From the IMG/VR virus record IMGVR_UViG_3300049924_000502, positions 1-35,489 of that record: 35,489 bases of DNA. One strand, given 5' to 3'. Each line of letters begins with the position of its first letter. Position 1 is the stretch's first letter. The position numbers were made by a program, and so were the translations under genes. A model generated the notes under the pieces. That model saw only the letters and a program-made list of their open reading frames with translations, was not told the DNA's origin and ran no database searches. Below, piece after piece: positions 26,238-33,886 of the stretch. Source of the stretch: a virus. Taxonomy: Duplodnaviria > Caudoviricetes.

Positions 26238-26503
26238 AGTCCACCTCGCCGCCGGTAGCCGTCGCCGATGATCTCGTCCGGCTCCCGTGGGTCGAGCACC
26301 GGGAGCGCCGCGCCGGCCTGCCCGATGCGCTCGAGGACGAGTCGCGCCTCGGGGTCGCCGGGGTGCGGGACGAGCCGCGCCTCCGCGTGCTCGGTGATCA
26401 CGGCCTCCAGCTCGGCCTGGAGGCGCTGCAGGCCGGGGAGCGGGTCGACGCCCGACACCGAGTGCAGCGCGCGGTAGAGACGCAGGTACCAGTCCGGGGT
26501 CAC
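26234..26503 (-). CDS. Hypothetical protein (89 aa) with VapB-like C-terminus
   Basis: GGAGG SD; 'LPVLDPREPDEIIGD'. Confidence 0.6.
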   Translation of the reverse strand: MTPDWYLRLYRALHSVSGVDPLPGLQRLQAELEAVITEHAEARLVPHPGDPEARLVLERIGQAGAALPVLDPREPDEIIGDGYRRRGGL

Positions 26504-26892
26504 GGGACCTCCACGAGGCGCCCGTCGACGCGGGCGAGGCGGACGATGCGGGAGGCGAGGCCGCGGGACCGAGCGAACTCCGCCCAGTCGAGGACCCCGA
26601 CCAACGAGGGGTGGCGGGTGGCGTCCTCTGCGTCGTCGGTACCGATGGTCCTGATGAGCCTGTCCCACCCCTCCGGGACCAGCGCCCCGTCCCACCAAAG
26701 AGGAAGGGCGCGCCGCACGGTCCAGAGGGTTGACACGATCGTCCACTCCTCGGGCCCTGGCGCCCCGTGAGGGTCGTAGGTGTGCCGCATCTCGGCCATG
26801 GCCGGGATGATCCCGCACCGCCCCGGCGCCAGTACCCCGCCGGGGTCGCCATCGGCTGGGACGACGAGCACGGCGACGATGTTGGGGGTCAT
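26500..26892 (-). CDS. Hypothetical protein (130 aa)
   Basis: GGAGG SD; ATGA/GTGA overlaps. Confidence 0.65.
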   Translation of the reverse strand: MTPNIVAVLVVPADGDPGGVLAPGRCGIIPAMAEMRHTYDPHGAPGPEEWTIVSTLWTVRRALPLWWDGALVPEGWDRLIRTIGTDDAEDATRHPSLVGVLDWAEFARSRGLASRIVRLARVDGRLVEVP

Positions 26893-27128
26893 CGGCCACC
26901 TCCACGAGGCGCCCGTCGATCGGCCTGGACCAGCTCGTACGTGGTGGGAGACAGCGCCTGCGTGGCGCGGTGGACGGCCTCGCTGGCCGTGTCGCACCAC
27001 ACCTCGCCGCCGGGCCACGACACGGTCCAGCCGAGGGCGGTGCGCTGTACGGTCACGCCGTCCCGGCTGACGGGTCCGTAGGCGTCCGCGTGCTCGACGA
27101 GGCGGTGGGCCAGCTCGGCGCGGGTCAT
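26889..27128 (-). CDS. Hypothetical protein (79 aa)
   Basis: ATGA overlaps at both ends. Confidence 0.6.
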   Translation of the reverse strand: MTRAELAHRLVEHADAYGPVSRDGVTVQRTALGWTVSWPGGEVWCDTASEAVHRATQALSPTTYELVQADRRAPRGGGR

Positions 27129-27877
27129 GCCCGCACCGCCTGCAGTCGGCCGTCGACGACGCGGTAGGGGACGCCGGGCTCGATGCCACCCTCGCCTACC
27201 ACGCCCACGGCGAGACGGTATCGCGTACCGTCGTACCAGCGGATGGAGATCACCCCGCCGTCGCCCGCCGTCGCGGTGCCGTAGTCGCCCGCCGTCGCGG
27301 TGCCGCGGTAGCCCGCCGTCGCGGTGCCGCGGTCACCCGCCGTCGCGGTGCCGTAGTTGCCCGCCGTCGCGGTGCCGCGGTAGCCCGCCGTCGCGGTGCC
27401 GTAGTTGCCCGCCGTCGCGGTGCCGCGGTAGCCCGCCGTCGCGGTGCCGTAGTTGCCCGCCGTCGCGGTGCCGCAGTCGCCCGCCGTCGCGGTGCCGCGG
27501 TAGCCCGCCGTCGCGGTGCGGCCGACGATCGCGCGGCCGTCACCGCCGTGCTCGGCGAGGTAGGCCGTGGCGGACACCTGATCTCCGACGTGGAGGACCC
27601 ACGCCGCCGGCGCCTTGACCTTCAAGTCGAGGTCGACGACCCGGCGCGCGTCGACCTCCACCACCAGCCACCGGGCCGTGGGGCTCCAGTCGAGCAGGGA
27701 CCCGTCGCCCTCGCCCCAGAGGAGGCCGTGCAGGCCACCGCCGCAGCGCGGTTCCGGATCCCAGTCGGGGGCTGCGACGTAGCCCGTCTCGGGCCACTGG
27801 AATCCGCCGTGTGCGCGGAGATCCGCGTGGCACGTGCGGAGCATAAGGGCGCGGTGCGCCTGCGGCGGGCGCCTCAC
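27125..27877 (-). CDS. Phage protein with 11 TATAGxxG octapeptide repeats (alternative start 27844)
   Basis: N-domain 'GGFQWP...APDW...CGGGLHG', repeat tract, C-terminal 'GEGGIEPGVPYRV'. Confidence 0.8.
   Translation of the reverse strand: MRRPPQAHRALMLRTCHADLRAHGGFQWPETGYVAAPDWDPEPRCGGGLHGLLWGEGDGSLLDWSPTARWLVVEVDARRVVDLDLKVKAPAAWVLHVGDQVSATAYLAEHGGDGRAIVGRTATAGYRGTATAGDCGTATAGNYGTATAGYRGTATAGNYGTATAGYRGTATAGNYGTATAGDRGTATAGYRGTATAGDYGTATAGDGGVISIRWYDGTRYRLAVGVVGEGGIEPGVPYRVVDGRLQAVRA
27254..27517. repeat. 24-bp coding tandem repeat, 11 copies
   Basis: CCCGCCGTCGCGGT(G) core recurs every 24 nt. Confidence 0.95.
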
Positions 27878-28125
27878 GCCCGCACCGTCACGATCTCGCG
27901 CAGCGCGGCGGTGGCACGGGCGAGGATCGCGGCGTCCGCGACCCGGCGCCCGTGGCCGGCGGCCCACACCACGCGCTCCACCTCGGTACCCTCGGAGAGG
28001 GACCGGAGCGTCGCGACCGCCACGCGGGTGGTGAGCCGCTGTCCCCACGTCTCGGGCGGGAGCGGCGGGAGCCAAAGCTCCCGGACCGCGCGCGCCGCCT
28101 GCCCTCGGACCGTCCACCGCCGCAT
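27874..28125 (-). CDS. Hypothetical protein (83 aa), first gene of leftward operon
   Basis: AGGAGG SD, ATG at 28125, promoter upstream. Confidence 0.7.
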   Translation of the reverse strand: MRRWTVRGQAARAVRELWLPPLPPETWGQRLTTRVAVATLRSLSEGTEVERVVWAAGHGRRVADAAILARATAALREIVTVRA

Positions 28126-28144
28126 CGCTGCCTCCTGTAGCCAC

Positions 28145-28173
28145 AGTATGCCCGGGGCGGGCCCGGGTGTCAA
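28145..28173 (-). promoter_or_regulatory. Leftward sigma70-type promoter TTGACA-N17-CATACT
   Basis: Perfect -35 and 17-nt spacer. Confidence 0.8.
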
Positions 28174-28188
28174 CCACAAACATTCCGG

Positions 28189-28217
28189 TGGACGCCCGGA
28201 CGGCACTCGGGTACGTT
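28189..28217 (+). promoter_or_regulatory. Rightward sigma70-type promoter TGGACG-N17-TACGTT
   Basis: 17-nt spacer, back-to-back with the leftward promoter, followed by AGGAGG. Confidence 0.6.
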
Positions 28218-28234
28218 CTGGACGAGGAGGTCGG

Positions 28235-28408
28235 GTGGACGAGATCGACGACCGCGCTCGGGTAGAGGTCCGGCTGCCGCGCGAGCTGATCGCGTGGCTC
28301 GACCGGCTTGCACAGTCCGAGCGGCGCGACCGGGGTGCGCAGATCGAGGTGCTGCTGCGGCAGGCGCGTTCGGCACGTGAGATCGCTCGCGCTTTGGAGG
28401 GGGAGTGA
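28235..28408 (+). CDS. Ribbon-helix-helix (CopG/Arc-like) regulator (57 aa)
   Basis: AGGAGG SD; 'RVEVRLPRELIAWLDRLAQSERRDRGAQIEVLLR'. Confidence 0.8.
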   Translation: MDEIDDRARVEVRLPRELIAWLDRLAQSERRDRGAQIEVLLRQARSAREIARALEGE

Positions 28409-28611
28409 GCGACGACGACCCCTGCCCGGGGTGCGGGCGTGGCTGGCCGGACATCACCGACGCCGTCCACGAAGCCCGGAGAGAGGAGAGGCGCCACCTC
28501 CACCTCGCGCTCGCCGATGCGATGGCCCTGCGCCCGGAGGACGCGTCGTGGGAGGTGCTGCTGATGCTCGTGCGCGAGTGGGCGCGCCGTGACCCGGCGG
28601 TGCGGACATGA
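28405..28611 (+). CDS. Hypothetical protein (68 aa)
   Basis: GGAGG SD; CPGC; coupled overlaps. Confidence 0.6.
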   Translation: MSDDDPCPGCGRGWPDITDAVHEARREERRHLHLALADAMALRPEDASWEVLLMLVREWARRDPAVRT

Positions 28612-28826
28612 CCCGCCGCCTCGGCCCCGCGTGCCGCGACGTGCTGGACACGCTGCGGCGGTCCGACCTGCCGTGTACCGCCGCCTACGTGCGCGAGGAC
28701 ACCGGCCGGAGCCACACGGCGGTCAACCGCGCGCTGTACCGGCTCGAGCGGCTCGGCCGCGTGGCGCGCGCCGGTGTGGTGCCGAGGGACCGCGGCGTGC
28801 CGGCCGTGGCCTGGTGCTCGACGTGA
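28608..28826 (+). CDS. Winged helix-turn-helix protein (72 aa)
   Basis: 'VLDTL...TAAYVREDTGRSHTAVNRALYRLERLGRV'. Confidence 0.75.
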   Translation: MTRRLGPACRDVLDTLRRSDLPCTAAYVREDTGRSHTAVNRALYRLERLGRVARAGVVPRDRGVPAVAWCST

Positions 28827-29149
28827 GGCGCGCCCACGCGGAGCTGGTCGACGCGCGCCTCACCCGCTACCACGGGCCCGGCCCGCGCCACCCTGGCCTC
28901 CGAGCGACGGCGAGTGCGCTCGAGGACTGGGCCGAGCGCCGGCGCCACTGGGAGCTGGTGTGCGAGGGCGTGCGCGACCTGCTCGACCGGGCGGAGGCGC
29001 CGGTGCCGGTGGTCCTCGCGCCGTGGGCCGAGCCGCTGGCGACGTGGAGTGACGAGCGACGAGACGAGTACCTGGCGCGCCTGTCGCGCGCCGAGGGGAT
29101 CACGATCGAGGAGGCCCGGCGACGCTGGGTGGAGGTGGTCAGTGGGTGA
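28823..29149 (+). CDS. Hypothetical protein (108 aa)
   Basis: GTGA-coupled start; overlaps the erf start. Confidence 0.6.
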   Translation: MRRAHAELVDARLTRYHGPGPRHPGLRATASALEDWAERRRHWELVCEGVRDLLDRAEAPVPVVLAPWAEPLATWSDERRDEYLARLSRAEGITIEEARRRWVEVVSG

Positions 29150-29819
29150 CGAGGTCCAGGCGGCGAGTCCGCTGGCGGCGGCGCTGGCGGCGGCGCAGAC
29201 GGAGATCCGCGACCCCGAGCGCGGGCGCGCTGGGCAGGTGCGGGGGCGCTCGGGGTACCGCTACGCCGGGCTCGACGACCTGCTCCAGGCCGTGCGCCCG
29301 GTGCTCGCCCGTCACGGCCTTGCGGTGACGTCGCGGATCGTGCGACAGGCCGAGGGGCTCGCGCTCGTGACCGAGCTGATCCACCCCTCCGGCGAGACGC
29401 TGTACTCGACGTGGCCACTGGCGTGGAGCGGCGGTCCGCAGGACCGGGGCTCCGAGCTGACCTACGCCCGGCGCTACACGCTCGAGGCGCTGGTCGGTGT
29501 CGCGGCGACCGACGACGACGACGGTTCGCGCCTCCAGCGTCGCGAGGATCGTCGTGCGCCGCCGGAGCCGACGGCGGAGGACGTCGAGCGCCGCGCGGAC
29601 CACGACCCGGAGTGGGAGGAGCGCGGCCGGCCGGCGTTCTGCGCCGAGCTCGGGCGACTTGGGATCGAGTACGACGTCGTGGCCGCGTGGTGCGAGGCCC
29701 ACCAGAGGCCGCGCCCGTCGCAGATGCCGGCGGATCGCCGTCAGCGCCTGCTGGTGTGGCTGTCGGAGGCCGACCACCGCGCCGAGGTGGCCGAGTGGGC
29801 CGCACGAGGTGACTCGTGA
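29142..29819 (+). CDS. erf: ERF-family single-strand annealing protein
   Basis: 'YRYAGLDD...PVLARHGL', 'HPSGE', 'GSELTYARRYTL...DDDDG'. Confidence 0.9.
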   Translation: MGDEVQAASPLAAALAAAQTEIRDPERGRAGQVRGRSGYRYAGLDDLLQAVRPVLARHGLAVTSRIVRQAEGLALVTELIHPSGETLYSTWPLAWSGGPQDRGSELTYARRYTLEALVGVAATDDDDGSRLQRREDRRAPPEPTAEDVERRADHDPEWEERGRPAFCAELGRLGIEYDVVAAWCEAHQRPRPSQMPADRRQRLLVWLSEADHRAEVAEWAARGDS

Positions 29820-30010
29820 CCGCCGTTCGCGGCCAGATCCGCCCGACGTGGGCGGGGTGGTCCCACCCGCGGCCCGAGGTGGCGGCGTGGCTGGAGCTGT
29901 GCGCGGCCCACGGGTGGTGCCGCGAGCAGCCGCGCCTGCCGCCGCTACTGACGACTCGTCCCCACGCTGCGGGCTGCCCGTGCGTGGACTGCGACGGGAG
30001 GATTCGGTGA
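29816..30010 (+). CDS. Small Cys/His-containing protein (64 aa)
   Basis: 'HAAGCPCVDC'; GTGA overlaps. Confidence 0.55.
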   Translation: MTAVRGQIRPTWAGWSHPRPEVAAWLELCAAHGWCREQPRLPPLLTTRPHAAGCPCVDCDGRIR

Positions 30011-30360
30011 AGCGCGGCGACGCCGAGGCGCCGGACTTCCTCGACGAGGTGATCGCCGAGTCCGAGGCTGCGAGCCCGGGGTTCGGGGCGGAGGTGGACG
30101 CCGCGTACGAGCGCCGAGTGCACGAACGGCGGCGCGCCCCCGACGACCCGCTCGAGTGGGCGCTGGCGCTCGGCGCCACCCCGGAGGTGGCGCGCGAAGT
30201 GGTGGAGGCGTGGCTGGGCGCGAAGGACCCGCACCCGATCGCCCGTGCGTGTGCGCTGATGCGCGAGGACGCGCTCGACGACCGGCTTGCCCCGGAGCTG
30301 CGACGCTGGGCGGACATGTCTTCGACGGTACTGCTGGCGCTGCTGTCGGTGCGGCCGTGA
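30007..30360 (+). CDS. Hypothetical protein (117 aa)
   Basis: GGAGG SD; GTGA overlaps. Confidence 0.65.
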   Translation: MKRGDAEAPDFLDEVIAESEAASPGFGAEVDAAYERRVHERRRAPDDPLEWALALGATPEVAREVVEAWLGAKDPHPIARACALMREDALDDRLAPELRRWADMSSTVLLALLSVRP

Positions 30361-30575
30361 CGTGGGAGGACGCCACTGGGCTCGTGGCGGTGGTCCACGC
30401 CCCGGTGGGTGTCCCGGTGGTGGTGCGGACCGATGAGGGCCTCCTCGTGCGCGGGTATCGCCCGCCCGAGGGGTACCGGCTGGGGGAGCAGGAGGTGGTG
30501 TGGTGGGGGCGGCCGGTCGAGGTTGTCGAGGAACAGGCGGCGCCCGTGCGGACGGTGTTCGGGGAGAAGTTGTGA
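30357..30575 (+). CDS. Hypothetical protein (72 aa)
   Basis: GTGA-coupled start; protein-like composition. Confidence 0.55.
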   Translation: MTWEDATGLVAVVHAPVGVPVVVRTDEGLLVRGYRPPEGYRLGEQEVVWWGRPVEVVEEQAAPVRTVFGEKL

Positions 30576-30692
30576 TAGAGTGTCCGAGCCGGGCGCGGGC
30601 GGTCACCTGCGGTCGGCGAGCATCACCTGGCGAGAGCCAGCACCGGGTCGAGGCGTGACCGCGCCTCCCCGGTGTCCTGCGTGAGGTGGATG
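30573..30692 (+). ncRNA. Extended -10 (TGaTAGAGT) plus structured kissing-loop leader, copy 1
   Basis: Hairpin loops CGGTCA (30600-30605) and TGACCG (30656-30661) are complementary; anti-SD stem. Confidence 0.65.
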
Positions 30693-31928
30693 GTGAGGAT
30701 CGAAGATGTAAAAGTCCCGGACGACCGCCTGCGCTCGCTGCGCCCGGCGATCGTCGCCGAGCTCGCGAAGAGCATCGCCGAGATCGGACTGCTGAACCCG
30801 ATCAGCGTCACGCTGGGCGGCGAACTCGTCGCGGGGCGCCACCGGCTTGAGGCGTGTCGGTCGCTCGGGTGGGTGGAGATCCCATCGACGACGCTAGCGG
30901 TCAACGACGCGCTGAAACTGCGGCTCGCCGAGGTCGACGAGAACCTCGTGCGGGCCGACCTGACAGAGCTGGAGCGCGGCGAGCACGTCGCCGAGCGCAA
31001 GCGAGTGTACGAGGCGCTGAACCCAGACGCGCCGAAGGGAGGTGGACGCCCGAAAAATGGCGACACCGTGTCGTCATTTTCAGCCGACACCGCCGCACGA
31101 ACGGGTCTCGACAAGCGCACGGTCCAGCGTGACGTCCAGGTTGGGACCATGCCCGCTCCGGTGCGCGACGCCGTCCGTGGGACCCCGGTGGCGGACCGGA
31201 AGCGCGACCTGATCGAGCTTGCCCGGATGGAGCCCGAAGTCCAGGCGGTTGTCGCCGCTGTTGTGGCCGGCGGCGCCGAGACGGTGGCCGAGGCTCGCGA
31301 GTCCGTCGAGCAGGCCCGGACACTGCTTCAGGACGACGAGCTCGCGAAGGTGGTGGCCGGTGACGCGTCGGCCCTGCTGGCCGCTGCGAAGCGGGTTCGG
31401 TCCGAGCAGACCCAGCAGGCGCGCTCGCGCGGCGAGCGCCCGATCGACGACGACTCGTGGGCGACGCCAGACCACATCATTGCGGCTGCGCGCGCCGCGA
31501 TGGGCGGGATCGACCTCGACCCCGCCACGAACGCGGCGGCACAAGCTCGCGTCGGTGCTACCAAGAGCTACACCGCGGAGGACGACGGCCTGTCTCGTCT
31601 GTGGGCGGGTCGTGTCTGGTTGAACCCACCCTATTCGCATCCGCTCGTCGAGCAGTTCACTTCGAAGCTGCTCGACGAGATCGACGCGGGGCGCGTCACC
31701 GAGGCGATCGTGCTGCTGAACAACGCGTCCGACACGCGGTGGATGCAGGCGATGTTTCGCCGCGGGACGATCCTGTGCCTCGTCCGTGGCCGGATCCGGT
31801 TCGTCAACGAGCGGAACGAAGCCGCGATGTCGCCGAGGGACGCCCAGTTCATTCTGTACTACGGGCCCCGACCCGAGGCGTTCATGAGTGCCTTCGCCGA
31901 CGTCGGTACCTTCGTGGAGGTCCTGTGA
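30690..31928 (+). CDS. ParB-like N-terminal domain fused to phage Dam-family N6-adenine methyltransferase
   Basis: 'GLLNPI...AGRHRLEA...ENLVRADL'; 'WATP', 'IDLDPA', 'VWLNPPYS'. Confidence 0.9.
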   Translation: MVRIEDVKVPDDRLRSLRPAIVAELAKSIAEIGLLNPISVTLGGELVAGRHRLEACRSLGWVEIPSTTLAVNDALKLRLAEVDENLVRADLTELERGEHVAERKRVYEALNPDAPKGGGRPKNGDTVSSFSADTAARTGLDKRTVQRDVQVGTMPAPVRDAVRGTPVADRKRDLIELARMEPEVQAVVAAVVAGGAETVAEARESVEQARTLLQDDELAKVVAGDASALLAAAKRVRSEQTQQARSRGERPIDDDSWATPDHIIAAARAAMGGIDLDPATNAAAQARVGATKSYTAEDDGLSRLWAGRVWLNPPYSHPLVEQFTSKLLDEIDAGRVTEAIVLLNNASDTRWMQAMFRRGTILCLVRGRIRFVNERNEAAMSPRDAQFILYYGPRPEAFMSAFADVGTFVEVL

Positions 31929-32188
31929 AGTTCACGAAGAGCACGGCGCCGATCTTCCGGCGCACCGGCGAGCGCTACACCGGGGTCGACTGGGATCGCT
32001 GGTCTGCCCTTCAGGCCACTCCTGACGAAATGATCGAGATCGTACACCTCGACGGTAGCCCCCCGCTGCGCGGGACCGTGGCCAAGCTTGACACGGCGCG
32101 ACGGCGGGACATCGAGGCGGCGTGCGCGCGTCCTCGGCTGGTGTGCTGGGCGCTGCCGGTCCAGGCGTCGCTGTTCGGTGACCCATGA
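31925..32188 (+). CDS. Hypothetical protein (87 aa)
   Basis: GGAGG SD; GTGA overlap; 'QASLF' near C-terminus resembles a beta-clamp-binding motif. Confidence 0.55.
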   Translation: MKFTKSTAPIFRRTGERYTGVDWDRWSALQATPDEMIEIVHLDGSPPLRGTVAKLDTARRRDIEAACARPRLVCWALPVQASLFGDP

Positions 32189-33575
32189 GGCGGACGTGAG
32201 CCTCCGCGCATGGCAGGCCGAGGCCCTGTCGGCCGTCCGCGCGGCGTGGCGCCGGGGCGAGGCGGCCCCGCTGGTGCACGCGTGCACCGGCGCGGGCAAG
32301 TCCGTGCTGATCGCCGAGCTCTGCGCGGCTGGACGCGGGCGCGTGCTGCTGACGACCCCGACCCAGGCGCTGGTCGAGCAGCTCGCGGCGACCGTCGAGG
32401 CGCGGCTGCCTGGCGAGGTGGGCCGCGCCTACCAGCACGCGTGGGACGTCGACCGGCGCGTCGTGGTGACGTGCACGGCGAGCCTGCCCGCCGTGCTGCA
32501 GACCGCCCCGGAGTGGGGGGCCTGGATCTGCGACGAGGCGCACCGGATCGAGGGCGAGGGCCTGCGGGTGGCGAGCGCCCAGATCGTGCGCCGCGTGGCC
32601 TGCGGGCTCACGGCCACGCCGTTTCGGGGCGACACCCGCGGGCTGCAGACGTGGGGCTCGCTGGTGTACAGCTACGGGTCCGACCGCGCCGTCGCCGACG
32701 GGCACCTCGTGCCGTGGCGGGTGGTGCGGTGGGACGGGGCCGGCGAGGACGACCCCGACGAGATCGTCGCGGGCTGGGTGCGGACGGCCGAGGGCCCGGG
32801 GATCGTGTCTGCGACGACGGTGGCGGACGCCGAGGGGTACGCCGAGCGGATCGGCGCGCTGGCCATCCACGGCTACCTTCCGCGGGCGGAGCAGGCGCGG
32901 CGGGTGGCGGCCCTGCGATTGGGGACGGTGCGCTGCCTGGTGCACGTGCAGCTACTCACCGAGGGCGTGGACTACCCGTGGCTGCGGTGGCTGGCGATTC
33001 GGCGGCGAGTCGCGAGCCCGGTGCGCCTGGTGCAGGAGGTCGGGCGCGTCCTGCGGGCCGCGCCCGGGAAGACGGAGGCCGTGCTGTACGACCCCCACGA
33101 TTGCCTGGGGGCGGTGGGGCTCGTGCACGGGGCGACGCTCGAAGACGCCCAGCGCCAGGCGGCGCACGAGGCCGAGGAGACGTGGGAGGTGCCGGAGCTG
33201 CCCGGCCTGGAGGCGCTCGCCGAGCTGCCGCGGGCGGTGGCGGTGTCGAGGCTCGAGGGCTGGGCGACCGACGCGCTAGGGGCCTTGCGCGGCGCTGGGC
33301 TGGCGCGACCGCCGCAGCCCGGCCTCGACCCAGCGGGGCCGTGGCGCAGGAAGCGGGCGAGCGCGAAGCAACGGGAGCTTGCGCAGCGCGTGGGGTGGGC
33401 GCTGCGGTACCTGCCGAGCGACGCCGACCGGGCTGCGGTGGACCTGCTGCTCGCCGAGCCCGGCCTGCGGGCTGGGGTAGCGTCGGACGTGCTGTCGGTC
33501 CTGCTCGCGGTGGGCAGGGCCCGAGGTGTGGGACGCGCGAGGTGGCCGGCGATCGCCGGGGAGGTGGTGACGTGA
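32178..33575 (+). CDS. SF2 DEAH-box helicase
   Basis: 'LRAWQ', 'TGAGKS', 'DEAH', 'TAT', 'LTEGVD', 'QEVGRVLR'. Confidence 0.92.
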   Translation: MTHEADVSLRAWQAEALSAVRAAWRRGEAAPLVHACTGAGKSVLIAELCAAGRGRVLLTTPTQALVEQLAATVEARLPGEVGRAYQHAWDVDRRVVVTCTASLPAVLQTAPEWGAWICDEAHRIEGEGLRVASAQIVRRVACGLTATPFRGDTRGLQTWGSLVYSYGSDRAVADGHLVPWRVVRWDGAGEDDPDEIVAGWVRTAEGPGIVSATTVADAEGYAERIGALAIHGYLPRAEQARRVAALRLGTVRCLVHVQLLTEGVDYPWLRWLAIRRRVASPVRLVQEVGRVLRAAPGKTEAVLYDPHDCLGAVGLVHGATLEDAQRQAAHEAEETWEVPELPGLEALAELPRAVAVSRLEGWATDALGALRGAGLARPPQPGLDPAGPWRRKRASAKQRELAQRVGWALRYLPSDADRAAVDLLLAEPGLRAGVASDVLSVLLAVGRARGVGRARWPAIAGEVVT

Positions 33576-33886
33576 GCAAGCCGAAGCGTGGGAGCCACCG
33601 CACGCCCCACCTGTTCGGGTACGTCGACGCCGTCCACCACCTGGCGTGGCTTGCGGCCGAGGACGCACGGGGGCCGGAGGGCGACGACCACGTCGCGGCC
33701 CTGCTGGACGACGTGGCCGAGCAGACCGACGACTCCAGGCGTTCGGGGGACGACCACGTGGACGCGTACCTGCACGCTGCGGCGGACCTGCTCGACCTCG
33801 TGTCCGCCGACACCGAGGACCTGGACCTCCAGCGCCGAGTCGATCGCGCGTCCGCCGAGCTCCGGGCCTGGGCGAGGATCCCATGA
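33572..33886 (+). CDS. Acidic hypothetical protein (104 aa)
   Basis: GGAGG SD; coupled overlaps; short 'GDDHV' duplication. Confidence 0.6.
   Translation: MSKPKRGSHRTPHLFGYVDAVHHLAWLAAEDARGPEGDDHVAALLDDVAEQTDDSRRSGDDHVDAYLHAAADLLDLVSADTEDLDLQRRVDRASAELRAWARIP

Noticed and set aside
27254-27517. Regular repeat array as a possible CRISPR
   Set aside because: 24-nt period with no unique spacers; it is an in-frame octapeptide repeat, and no cas genes are present
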